Source: Alphaproteobacteria bacterium (GTDB taxonomy: Bacteria > Pseudomonadota > Alphaproteobacteria > Rs-D84). From it: a stretch of DNA of 64,000 nt. Within the stretch, counting starts at the first letter, position 1; each line of letters begins with the position of its first letter. Below the pieces are notes generated by a model. It saw only the letters and a program-made list of their open reading frames with translations. It was not told the DNA's origin and ran no database searches. The stretch covers positions 8,098 through 72,097 of the forward strand of contig JAGCYJ010000010.1 in NCBI GenBank assembly GCA_017960855.1, given 5' to 3'. Shown here piece after piece: positions 46,024 through 55,890 of this stretch. A program made the translations under genes and the position numbers.

Positions 46024-49000
46024 ATGAAGCGCATTTTGTCAATCTTGTTTATGTGCCTTTTTGTGGTGCTGTCGCCGACACGCGCCAGTGCCGCATGCAC
46101 ATCAAGCCAAATTGACGTTTTGGGTGATGGTACCCAATGCGAAACATCCAAGTTTGAATTGACAACAACATCATTGGCAGCAAATACAACATTCACATTT
46201 ACATTGGGGGCATCCGGTACATTCTATGTTGATTGGGGTGATGGCGGTGCGGTTGAAACAATCGCGCGCGACAGTGTAACCGCCACAGATTATACGCATA
46301 CATATACGACCGCCGGGGTATATACTATACGATTCAGTGGTCTTGCAACGGAATATGATGTATCTAGTAATGGATCTACGACAATATCATTCTATAAAGC
46401 GTCTGGCGGATCCCAGGGAAAGATTGCATCAATTTCTGGTAATTTGGCATCAATATTCCCTTATTTGGGATCGGAAAATAATCAAGCACCAAGGTTTTAT
46501 GGAACTTTTCGTGGTGCAACAAATTTGACGTCAATACCTGCGACTTTGTTCAGTGGTATTACCACTGGAGAGGGTGGGATGTATATGTTTGGTATGACAT
46601 TTTATGGTTGTACTGGTTTGACCAGTATACCGGCGACATTGTTTAGTGGTATTACCACTGGTGCAAATAGCATGTTCTCCAATACATTTTCCGGTTGCAC
46701 GGGGTTAACCAGTTTACCTGAGGGATTGTTCAGCAGTATTACTACTGGGGGATATCAAATGTTCTCCAGTACATTTTCCGGTTGCACGGGATTGACTCGT
46801 ATCCCTGCAAGATTATTCAGCGGTCTTACCACCGTGGGTGGTTATATGTTTCAGTTTCTGTTTAATGGTTGTAAAAACTTGGCTGGTGTCATACCACCGG
46901 ATACTTTTGCTGGATTAACTGCTAATGGTGCTCCAACCAATACTTATATATGGACAAGTGCTTTTACGAATACTAAATTGGCGACATCGTGTCCTGCTGG
47001 CACCCATCAGCATTACACCGGATACGAAAGTAAAAGTACTGGGTTGTTTGAGGACAGGGTTTCATGCGCATGTGATGATGGAACGTGGGGTGATGGCAAC
47101 ACGTGTACAGCATGTGCCAATACACACCCGGCGCATTCATCTTATTATGGTCTTGCAACAACTGCCACATGTCCATGGGCGTGTGATGCTGGGTATTATT
47201 GGGATGGTACCGCATGTTCGGTGTGTTCCAACAGTGCCCCCGCCAACAGTACATTCACACCCGGATCGACAACCGCTACATGTCCGTGGACGTGTAACGC
47301 GGGCTATATTACCAATGGCAATTCGTGCGATGCCCCTGCATTCAGCGTGACAACAACATCATTACCATTTGGCGACAAATTTACATTCAGTTTATCTGCG
47401 GTTGGAACGTTTTATGTTAATTGGGGTGATGGCACCGAAGAAACAATCGTTCGCGATAATACAACCAGCACATGGTATACGCATACATATACAACGCCGG
47501 GGGTACATACAATTAATTTTGGTGGTACCGCAACGGCATATAACACATCTACAAGTGTTGCGACAATATTATTCTATAAATCGTCTGATGGGTCCCAGAA
47601 AAAAATTGCATCAATTTCCGGTAATCTGGCAACGATATTTCCATCTTATGGCACGGATTCTGGACAATCACCACGGTTTAATCGAACATTTCGTGAAGCG
47701 ACTAATTTGACATCAGTTCCTGCGACTTTATTCAGTGGTTTCACCCAAGGGACAAATTATATGTTTTCTGAAACATTTTATGGTTGTACTGGTCTGACCA
47801 GTTTGCCAGCGGGATTATTCAGCAGTTTTACCACAGGTGCAACTTATATGTTTAGTGGTACATTTTATGGTTGTAAGGGTCTGACCAGCTTACCAACGGG
47901 GCTGTTTGGCAATATTACTACTACCACAGGTGCAACTTATATGTTTAATAACACATTTTATGGTTGTACGGGTCTGACCAGTTTGCCGACGGGATTATTC
48001 AGCGGTATGACCAGCGGTACAGGTTATATGTTTTACAACACATTCAAGGGTTGTACTGGTCTGACCAGTTTGCCAGCGGGACTATTCAGCAGTTTTACCA
48101 CAGGTGCAAATTATATGTTTAGTAGTACATTTGAAGGTTGTACGGGTCTGACCAGTTTGCCAGCTGATTTGTTTAGTGGTATGACTACTGGGGCACAGAG
48201 TTTGTTCTCTAGTACGTTTAAAGGTTGTACTGGTCTGACCAGTTTGCCGGATGGATTGTTCAGCAGTATTACCACTGGTGCACAATATATGTTTCTTAGT
48301 ACATTTAATGGATGTACTGGTCTAACTAAATTACCGTCAAGATTATTCAGTGGTCTTACCACCACTGGAAGTTATATGTTTAGCAATACATTTAATGGTT
48401 GTACGAATTTAGGGGGGTATATACCACCGGACACTTTCGCGGGGTTAATTGAGAATGGTTCCCCAAGTGCGAGTATGTGGAATTCCACATTTACAAACAC
48501 ACAGTTGTTAACAGAATGTCCCACTGGTACCGAGCAATATATTACCAGATACGAAGGATCCACCGATGGTACCACTTGGAATGGCAAGGTTTCATGCGGT
48601 TGCGAAGCGGGATATTGGGTTGATGGTGCGACGTGCACGGCATGTTCCAACACAATTCCAGCGCATTCATCTTATACCACGGGCGCGACCAATGCCACAT
48701 GTCCGTGGGTGTGTGATTCGGATTATGTTTCCAACGGCACATCATGCGTCGCACCAGCGTTCAGTGTGACAACAACATCACTGAATGCCAATGATACATT
48801 TACATTCAGTTTAACTGCGGTTGGAACATTTTATGTGAATTGGGGTGACGGTACCCAACAAACGATTGTTCGTACTGATACAACCAGCACATGGTATACG
48901 CATACATATTCATCGGCGGGGACATATACGATTAATTTTGGTGGTATTGCAACGTCATACTATCACGCTGGATATCAGGCGGCAATATCGTTTTATAAAT

Positions 49001-52000
49001 CATCCGGCGGATCACAAGATAAAATCGCGTCTGTTTCTGGTAATTTGGCGACAATATTCCCATATTTGGGTTCGGACGCTAGCCAGAGACCAAAGTTTTA
49101 CCAAACATTTCGTGGGGCAACGAATTTAACGTCTATCTCGGCGGGATTGTTCAGCGGTTTTACCATCGGGGGCGGTCAGATGTTCCATGAAACATTTTAT
49201 GGATGTACTGGTCTGACCAGTATTCCGGCGGGATTATTCAGTTCTATTACCACCGCAGCGGGCACTTCGCAGATGTTTTCAAGTACATTTTACGGATGTA
49301 CGGGTTTGACCACTGTTCCGGCGGATTTGTTCGGTGGCATTACAACCGGTGCGGATCATTTGTTTTATGAAACATTCAGGGGATGTACTGGACTGACCAG
49401 CATACCGGCGGGGTTATTCAATAAAGTAACTTCCTCGGCAGATGCAACTTATATGTTTTATAACACATTTTATGGTTGCACGGGTCTGACCAGTTTGCCG
49501 ACGGGATTATTCAACAGTGTTACCACTGGGGCAGAATATTTGTTCCATGGAACATTTAGGGGGTGCACCGGATTGACCAGTATACCGGCGGGGCTATTCA
49601 GCAGTGTTACGACCGGTGCAAATTATATGTTTATGAACACATTTTATGGATGTACAGGCCTGACCAGTTTTCCTGCGGGCTTGTTCAGCGGACTTACCAC
49701 TGCGGGAAATTATATGTTTGCCTACGTATTTCAAGGTTGCACTAATTTGGCGGGCTTTATACCACCAGATGCTTTTGCGGGGCTGATTGCGAATAATTCG
49801 CCAAACACAACCTATATGTGGAGGGACGCGTTTTACAACACTCAATTGCTGACACAATGTCCAGTTGGTTATACGCAGTATATCACTGGGTACGAAGGAT
49901 CTAGTTATACATCCGCTTGGTACAACAGGGTTTCATGTCAACCATGTCCCGCTGGAACGTATAAGGATGTCGCGGGTAACGAAGCGTGCTCGGCATGTGG
50001 TGTTGGAACATATATGTCGGGTACGGGGGCAACGGAATGCGATGCGTGTACCAATGGACCGGCAAACAGCACTTATACCAGTGGTGGTGGATCAACAAAC
50101 ACTTGCGAATGGTCGTGCGATTCTGGAACGATTCCAACGGGTACATCTTGTGATATACCAAAGTTTGAAGTGACAACGACTGAACTGGATGCGGGTACGA
50201 CATTTACATTTACTTTGTCGGCACAAGGGACATTCTATGTTGACTGGGGCGACGGCAGTGCAGTTCAGACAATCACACGTTCCGATACAACCGCCACCGA
50301 TTACAGTCACACATACGAAACAGCTGGTTCATACACGATAAAGTTTAGCAGCAGTGGCATTACGGCTTATAACGAAGATACGACAACCGCAGCAATCAGT
50401 TTTTATAAATCATCTGGTGGATCACAGGGTAAAATAGCATCTCTTTCTGGCTCGTTGGGGGCGTTGTTCCCAACATTGGCAAGCAGCAGTGGTGGCAGAT
50501 ATGCGCGGTTTATCAATACATTCAGGGGTGCCACCAATCTTACTTCATTGCCGTCAACTTTGTTCAGTGGTGTTGCATCCTCAGGAACATATTTATTTTA
50601 TGGAACATTTTATGGTTGTACGGGACTGACCAGTAATGGAATACCGTCAACGCTGTTCAGCAGTGTCACCACTGGTGGTACCAGAACATTTTATGAGACA
50701 TTCCGTGGTTGTACGGGATTGACAACAATACCGTCGGGATTGTTTAGTACCGTCACAACAAATTCTAATTCTTCCTATTTGTATGTTGGAACATTCCGCG
50801 GTTGTACAGGGTTGACGGAAATACCGTCGGGGCTGTTTAGTCGTGTTACCACAACTTCTACTTATATGTTTCAGAATACATTCTATGGTTGTACGGGGTT
50901 GACCACAATACCATCGGGATTGTTTAGCAACATTAATGCTGGTGGGGCGACTTATCTGTTTAACGGAACATTCTATGGTTGTACGGGTCTAACCAGTATT
51001 CCAGAGGGGTTATTCAGCAGAATTACGGCTGGTAAAGATTACATGTTTTCTGAAACATTTCGTGGGTGTACCAATTTGACGGCATTGCCCAGTGGTTTGT
51101 TCAGTAACATTACGACGACCACCAGTGCTCAGTATTTATTCGATAACACGTTTTTGGGGTGCAGTAAATTGGCCACTGTTCCGGCGAATACATTTAGTGG
51201 AATTACATCAGCTTCTGCAGAAGGTGTCTTTCGTGGCACATTCCAAAGTTGTACCAGTTTGACTAGCATAGATGCTGGATTGTTCAGCGGTATTACCAGT
51301 GCGGTACTTAGGACGTTCAATGCTACTTTCCAAGGGGCTGGTCTGACCAGCATACCAGATGGATTATTCAGTGGTATTACTGCGGGGGCGCATAGTATGT
51401 TTTATTCTACATTCCAAGAATGCACATCGTTGACCGCATTGCCACCAAACTTGTTCGCGAATATTACCAGTGGTGTCGGAAATAGTACATTCCGAAGCAC
51501 GTTTTATGGTTGTTCAAATTTGCGCGGATATGTCCCCCCAACGTTCTTTGCGGGGCTTATTGCGAATAATTCGCCGTACACGGGACCAAATGGCATGGCT
51601 ACTTTGTTCCAGGGTACTAGTTTGGCAACATCCTGTCCGGCGGGCACAACACAATATATTACCGGGTACGAAAGTTATTGGACTTCCAAGGTTTCATGTC
51701 AACCATGTCCCGCGGGAACTTATAAGTCGGGTTCAGGCAATGGTGCGTGCTCGGCATGTGGTGTTGGAACATATATGGCGGACACTGGTGCGACCGCATG
51801 TACCGCGTGTACCAACACAATACCAGAAAATGCGGTCTATTCAACCAATGGTGGTGACGGCGGAACAACCAACACATGCGAATGGTCGTGCGATTCGGGA
51901 ACAATTCCCACCGGCACATCGTGTGAAATGCCAAAGTTCAGTGTCACGACAACGTCAATGGCGGCAAATACGGCGTTTTCGTTTAGTTTGTCGGCAACTG

Positions 52001-53721
52001 GAACATTTTATATTGATTGCGGTGATGGTGGAACGTTAAGACAATTTTCCCCATCCAGCACGATTTCCAACAAGACGATAACCCGTGATAGCGCTTTACC
52101 GTCCAAGTATTCATGTACATGGTCATCGGCGGGTGTACATACGGTTCGTTTCGGTGGTGTGGCAACGGGATACGCTGGTGGGGCCACCAGCAACCCCTAT
52201 GCTCCAATATCGTTTTTTTATGATTCATCAACCGGGCGGAATTTTATTGTATCAGTTGACGGTTCGTTGGGTGCGTTATTTCCACAGTTGGGAACAGAAG
52301 ATGGAAAGTACCCAAAGTTTAATGGTACGTTCCAGAGTGCACCAAATTTAACAACAATTCCAGGTACATTGTTCAGTGGTTTAACCGGTGGCGATTATAT
52401 GTTTAGTCACATGTTTAGTGGTTGTTCATCATTGACCACAATTCCAGATAATCTGTTTAGTGGAATTACGACCAGTGGTAAATCTATGTTTAACGGCACG
52501 TTTTCCCACACTGGTATTACCAGTATCCCATCTGGATTATTTGATGGCGATGACCTTACCACCGGGGCATATGGTATGTTTTGGAGTGTGTTTAGTGGTT
52601 GCTCGTCATTGACTACAATACTGGCGGGGTTGTTTAGCAATTTTACCACCGGTGGATATGGTATGTTTCAAGGAGCGTTTTCTGATTGTACGTCGTTAAC
52701 AACAATTCCAGGGGACTTGTTCAGTGGTATTACCACTGGGGAACCCGCTATGTTTTATGTTACATTTAGTGGTTGTACTGGATTAACGGAAATTCCAGAA
52801 AACTTATTTGCCAATATTACCACAATTTCTGCGATAAATGCGCCTGTGTTTTGGGAAACATTTAGCGATTGTACCAATTTGACTGGTTTTATTCCGCCGA
52901 CTTTGTTCGCGGGATTGATTGCCAATGGTTCGCCGAATCCGTATCCGGGTACTATGCGTGATCCATTTTTTAACACAGGGACGTTAACCGAATGTCCGGC
53001 GGGGTATACGCAGTATATAACTGGTTATGAAGATGATTGGGGTGGCAAGGTTTCGTGCGAACTGTGTCCGGCGGGAACATATAAGGATACCGTGGGAAAT
53101 CAGGCATGTTCAGCGTGCCCAGCTGGGACCTATATTGGAACCACGGGGGCGACCGCGTGTACGGCATGTCCTGCGCTGGATACCGGATATGCTTATGCAG
53201 ATGGAACGGGTTGGACCGGGTGGAATCAGTGTTCGGAACAGATGCGCCCAACAAACTGTTACAGCGGATATTTAACCAAAACCGCAAGCAGCGCATCTGC
53301 ATGGGGAACCGCGGTATCTACGCTCTCTGCCGAGCCGGGATACGAAGTGACAGGCAGTGGCGATAATACGGTATGTTCGGAATGTGGTGTTGGTCGCTAT
53401 GGACCGGGTGGAACAACAGCATGTTCATCCTGCCCAACTGGTTTAACCACGGTTGGATATGGTTCGGGCGCGGACGAAGCGGGCGATTGTGGGCGTATAT
53501 TACATGTGAGTAATGGTGTTCTGTACCTGCGTAGTGTAAAAAAGACAACGCCTTCACTGAATGTCAGAATAGGTAATGATGTTTTCTATGGTAATATGAG
53601 TACAGAACAGATGAATATGAGTGGTAGTTGTGAAGATAACCCCGAACTGAAAGTCAATAATGGAGGAACAATATATTGGATACATGACGACAGCAGTCAT
53701 TTTTGTGGGGTGCCGATGTAG
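46024..53721 (+). CDS. Giant secreted/surface mosaic protein (about 2565 aa): 5 x (beta-sandwich + DUF285/BspA-type LRR array + IPPxTFAGL cap) separated by Cys-rich repeats, plus terminal module
   Basis: 7.7-kb uninterrupted ORF (ATG 46024, with TTG at 46021). Signal peptide MKRILSILFMCLFVVLSPTRASA. Mature N-terminus ACTSSQIDVLGDGTQCETSKF parallels the 1475..4798 protein. Confidence 0.9.
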   Translation: MKRILSILFMCLFVVLSPTRASAACTSSQIDVLGDGTQCETSKFELTTTSLAANTTFTFTLGASGTFYVDWGDGGAVETIARDSVTATDYTHTYTTAGVYTIRFSGLATEYDVSSNGSTTISFYKASGGSQGKIASISGNLASIFPYLGSENNQAPRFYGTFRGATNLTSIPATLFSGITTGEGGMYMFGMTFYGCTGLTSIPATLFSGITTGANSMFSNTFSGCTGLTSLPEGLFSSITTGGYQMFSSTFSGCTGLTRIPARLFSGLTTVGGYMFQFLFNGCKNLAGVIPPDTFAGLTANGAPTNTYIWTSAFTNTKLATSCPAGTHQHYTGYESKSTGLFEDRVSCACDDGTWGDGNTCTACANTHPAHSSYYGLATTATCPWACDAGYYWDGTACSVCSNSAPANSTFTPGSTTATCPWTCNAGYITNGNSCDAPAFSVTTTSLPFGDKFTFSLSAVGTFYVNWGDGTEETIVRDNTTSTWYTHTYTTPGVHTINFGGTATAYNTSTSVATILFYKSSDGSQKKIASISGNLATIFPSYGTDSGQSPRFNRTFREATNLTSVPATLFSGFTQGTNYMFSETFYGCTGLTSLPAGLFSSFTTGATYMFSGTFYGCKGLTSLPTGLFGNITTTTGATYMFNNTFYGCTGLTSLPTGLFSGMTSGTGYMFYNTFKGCTGLTSLPAGLFSSFTTGANYMFSSTFEGCTGLTSLPADLFSGMTTGAQSLFSSTFKGCTGLTSLPDGLFSSITTGAQYMFLSTFNGCTGLTKLPSRLFSGLTTTGSYMFSNTFNGCTNLGGYIPPDTFAGLIENGSPSASMWNSTFTNTQLLTECPTGTEQYITRYEGSTDGTTWNGKVSCGCEAGYWVDGATCTACSNTIPAHSSYTTGATNATCPWVCDSDYVSNGTSCVAPAFSVTTTSLNANDTFTFSLTAVGTFYVNWGDGTQQTIVRTDTTSTWYTHTYSSAGTYTINFGGIATSYYHAGYQAAISFYKSSGGSQDKIASVSGNLATIFPYLGSDASQRPKFYQTFRGATNLTSISAGLFSGFTIGGGQMFHETFYGCTGLTSIPAGLFSSITTAAGTSQMFSSTFYGCTGLTTVPADLFGGITTGADHLFYETFRGCTGLTSIPAGLFNKVTSSADATYMFYNTFYGCTGLTSLPTGLFNSVTTGAEYLFHGTFRGCTGLTSIPAGLFSSVTTGANYMFMNTFYGCTGLTSFPAGLFSGLTTAGNYMFAYVFQGCTNLAGFIPPDAFAGLIANNSPNTTYMWRDAFYNTQLLTQCPVGYTQYITGYEGSSYTSAWYNRVSCQPCPAGTYKDVAGNEACSACGVGTYMSGTGATECDACTNGPANSTYTSGGGSTNTCEWSCDSGTIPTGTSCDIPKFEVTTTELDAGTTFTFTLSAQGTFYVDWGDGSAVQTITRSDTTATDYSHTYETAGSYTIKFSSSGITAYNEDTTTAAISFYKSSGGSQGKIASLSGSLGALFPTLASSSGGRYARFINTFRGATNLTSLPSTLFSGVASSGTYLFYGTFYGCTGLTSNGIPSTLFSSVTTGGTRTFYETFRGCTGLTTIPSGLFSTVTTNSNSSYLYVGTFRGCTGLTEIPSGLFSRVTTTSTYMFQNTFYGCTGLTTIPSGLFSNINAGGATYLFNGTFYGCTGLTSIPEGLFSRITAGKDYMFSETFRGCTNLTALPSGLFSNITTTTSAQYLFDNTFLGCSKLATVPANTFSGITSASAEGVFRGTFQSCTSLTSIDAGLFSGITSAVLRTFNATFQGAGLTSIPDGLFSGITAGAHSMFYSTFQECTSLTALPPNLFANITSGVGNSTFRSTFYGCSNLRGYVPPTFFAGLIANNSPYTGPNGMATLFQGTSLATSCPAGTTQYITGYESYWTSKVSCQPCPAGTYKSGSGNGACSACGVGTYMADTGATACTACTNTIPENAVYSTNGGDGGTTNTCEWSCDSGTIPTGTSCEMPKFSVTTTSMAANTAFSFSLSATGTFYIDCGDGGTLRQFSPSSTISNKTITRDSALPSKYSCTWSSAGVHTVRFGGVATGYAGGATSNPYAPISFFYDSSTGRNFIVSVDGSLGALFPQLGTEDGKYPKFNGTFQSAPNLTTIPGTLFSGLTGGDYMFSHMFSGCSSLTTIPDNLFSGITTSGKSMFNGTFSHTGITSIPSGLFDGDDLTTGAYGMFWSVFSGCSSLTTILAGLFSNFTTGGYGMFQGAFSDCTSLTTIPGDLFSGITTGEPAMFYVTFSGCTGLTEIPENLFANITTISAINAPVFWETFSDCTNLTGFIPPTLFAGLIANGSPNPYPGTMRDPFFNTGTLTECPAGYTQYITGYEDDWGGKVSCELCPAGTYKDTVGNQACSACPAGTYIGTTGATACTACPALDTGYAYADGTGWTGWNQCSEQMRPTNCYSGYLTKTASSASAWGTAVSTLSAEPGYEVTGSGDNTVCSECGVGRYGPGGTTACSSCPTGLTTVGYGSGADEAGDCGRILHVSNGVLYLRSVKKTTPSLNVRIGNDVFYGNMSTEQMNMSGSCEDNPELKVNNGGTIYWIHDDSSHFCGVPM
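46150..53054 (+). repeat. Five coding super-repeats (units start at about 46150, 47338, 48757, 50161 and 51934), each containing 4-11 LRRs of about 28-31 aa
   Basis: Each unit opens with (K/A)F(E/S)(L/V)TTT...GTFY(V/I)(D/N)(W/C)GDG. DNA-level near-identity also occurs inside arrays, e.g. about 80 nt at 47782 versus 48049. Confidence 0.9.
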
Positions 53722-53740
53722 TAGTACGTGTTAGTAAAAA

Positions 53741-53765
53741 ACACCGCCCAAACGGACGGTGTTTT
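53741..53765. terminator. Bidirectional terminator between the giant gene and the convergent smpB
   Basis: acaccgcc-caaac-ggacggtgt imperfect stem, with an A-run before and a T-run after. Confidence 0.55.
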
Positions 53766-54236
53766 TTATTTCCCCTTCATAATACGCGATTTGCTGCGTT
53801 CCCATTCGCGCGTTTTAATTGTTTCGCGTTTATCCACGCGGTGCTTACCATGACCAATGCCCAAAAGAACCTTTAATTTGCCCCTGTTGTTAAAGTAAAG
53901 TTTAAGTGGGAATATGGTGGCACCTTTGTCCTGAAGTTGCCCTATCATGCGATTTATTTGTGATCTGTGCAGTAATAATTGACGCGGGCGACGTTCATCA
54001 AAGTTCACAACTCGCGCGGCGGTCGGTAATTTTTGGATTTCAATGCCCGCCAAGAATAAATTATCGCCACGTTTCTGCACAAAACCATCAACAATCGTCA
54101 CCAGCCCATAACGCACAGATTTGATTTCTGCGCCGGTCATAGACAAACCCGCCTCTATTGTGTCTTCAATAGAGTAATTGAACCGCGCTTTGCGGTTTTC
54201 AGAAACTTGTCCAAATTTTATCAAACTGCGTGTCAT
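53766..54236 (-). CDS. smpB: SsrA-binding protein SmpB
   Basis: NRKARFNY.I....EAG....G.EIKS.R, ....LLLH..(E/Q)I, with a basic C-terminal tail. Confidence 0.93.
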   Translation of the reverse strand: MTRSLIKFGQVSENRKARFNYSIEDTIEAGLSMTGAEIKSVRYGLVTIVDGFVQKRGDNLFLAGIEIQKLPTAARVVNFDERRPRQLLLHRSQINRMIGQLQDKGATIFPLKLYFNNRGKLKVLLGIGHGKHRVDKRETIKTREWERSKSRIMKGK

Positions 54237-54237
54237 T

Positions 54238-54993
54238 TTACTGTGCTATCTTTGGGTACAGGTTTAATGTGTTCTGTTCCAGTATAGTTTCCAATTCGTC
54301 CATTTGCAAATTTTTAATTTCCGACAACACACGCGCAGTTTCACGCACCATAAAAGGTTCACATGTTTTTCCGCGATATGGCACCGGCGCGCAAAATGGT
54401 GAATCTGTTTCAACAACAATGCGGTCGGTCGGTATTTTAGCAAATGTTTCGCGAATCTCGCCCGCGTTTTTAAATGTCAGAATACCCGACGCTGAAAAAT
54501 AAAATCCGCGATCCAACATTATTTTTGCAAGTTCCCAACCAGATGTAAAACAATGCATAACACCGCGAACACCGGTCAATATTGCCGCGGTATCATTATC
54601 TGCATCACGCGTATGAATCGCAACGGGCAGGTTTGCACCCCGCGCAATTTCCAACTGTTCTTCGAATAATTTTATTTGTGCGGTGCGGTTGTCGTCGCGT
54701 TCGTGATAATCCAACCCGATTTCGCCAATGCCAACCACACGCGGATGATTTAATACCGTGTCCGTCAAATATTCGTGTGGATTCATACCGGCGTATTCAG
54801 GATGAATACCAGTTGTCACAAATATATTGTCGTATTTTTCGGCGATTTTAATTGCCGGTATCATATCGTTTGCATCCGACGTGGCACAGATTAAACGCGC
54901 AACCCCATTGTCGCGTGCGCGCGCAATAACTTCGTCCAGTTTGTCGCCGGAACAATAATCGTCGGTTAAATGGCAGTGTGTGTCTGTAAGCAT
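54238..54993 (-). CDS. tatD: TatD-family metal-dependent hydrolase/DNase
   Basis: N-terminal DTHCHL; internal GEIGLDY and HTRDA. Confidence 0.88.
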   Translation of the reverse strand: MLTDTHCHLTDDYCSGDKLDEVIARARDNGVARLICATSDANDMIPAIKIAEKYDNIFVTTGIHPEYAGMNPHEYLTDTVLNHPRVVGIGEIGLDYHERDDNRTAQIKLFEEQLEIARGANLPVAIHTRDADNDTAAILTGVRGVMHCFTSGWELAKIMLDRGFYFSASGILTFKNAGEIRETFAKIPTDRIVVETDSPFCAPVPYRGKTCEPFMVRETARVLSEIKNLQMDELETILEQNTLNLYPKIAQ

Positions 54994-55889
54994 TTTTTTA
55001 TATCGTTTATAATAGAAAATATCGCGGTTTCCGGTTCCAAATTTATACGCGTAATATTTGCGATTTGTGTCGTCGCACTGGGGTATAATTCCGCCAAACC
55101 AAAGTGTGCGACCGCATCCAGTAAAATACCATACATGGCGTTGTCGGGTGCAATCTTGCGCGCAATGGTCAATAAATCAGACGAAGTGGCGCGCGGGTTT
55201 TCCAGTGTCGCAATCAGTTCTTCGTATATTTCGTCGCCCCCCAATGTTTTAAGGTTGGCAACGCGACCGAAACTGCCGTTTGCTAACTTTAATGTTTCAT
55301 TGCTGATTTCTGTGTCGGGTATAAAGCGTGCGCACAGTTCGCGTAATTGCGGGATGGTCAGTGGGCGCATCTTTTCCACGCGGGCGCGTGAACGCACAGT
55401 GGGCAAAACACTGGTAAGTTGATGAACGACCAACAAGAATAATGTTTGTGCCGGTGGTTCTTCAAGCAACTTTAACAACGCATTTGACGCGGCGGTTGAT
55501 AATTCATCCACAGAATCTATCACAATCACACGCCAACGCCCCGACATAGACGACAACTGCATCCGCTCAATTACACCGCGCACAGTATGCACAGAAATGT
55601 TTTTACCATCGGTTTTGGCTTTACCTTTGTCGTCAATATTATGCGCCATATCAATGATAAAGAAATCGCCGACATTACCATAAACATGCTTTGCGATTTT
55701 ATATGCCAATGTTGCTTTGCCAATGCCACGCGGACCGGTCAGCATCCACACAGGGTGTATCGGGTGAATATCACGCGCGTTCCACGCGTCCAAAAACGCA
55801 TTCCACACGTCCGCATGCCCGACCAATTCGTCGTTATCAATGGGGTTTGGAAAAGAATAGGTGGCCTTGGCCGATTTACGTGGCGCCAT
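54966..55889 (-). CDS. holB: DNA polymerase III delta' subunit
   Basis: GPRGIGKATLA P-loop-like motif and NALLKLLEEPP. Confidence 0.8.
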   Translation of the reverse strand: MAPRKSAKATYSFPNPIDNDELVGHADVWNAFLDAWNARDIHPIHPVWMLTGPRGIGKATLAYKIAKHVYGNVGDFFIIDMAHNIDDKGKAKTDGKNISVHTVRGVIERMQLSSMSGRWRVIVIDSVDELSTAASNALLKLLEEPPAQTLFLLVVHQLTSVLPTVRSRARVEKMRPLTIPQLRELCARFIPDTEISNETLKLANGSFGRVANLKTLGGDEIYEELIATLENPRATSSDLLTIARKIAPDNAMYGILLDAVAHFGLAELYPSATTQIANITRINLEPETAIFSIINDIKKCLQTHTAI

Positions 55890-55890
55890 G

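Noticed and set aside
53440-53718. Interpreting the shared C-terminal module as a T9SS-type CTD or an autotransporter beta-domain.
   Set aside because: The backbone looks proteobacterial (alpha-type), where T9SS is not expected. The module is far too short for an autotransporter barrel. One paralog carries it at the N-terminus, which is incompatible with a strictly C-terminal secretion signal.
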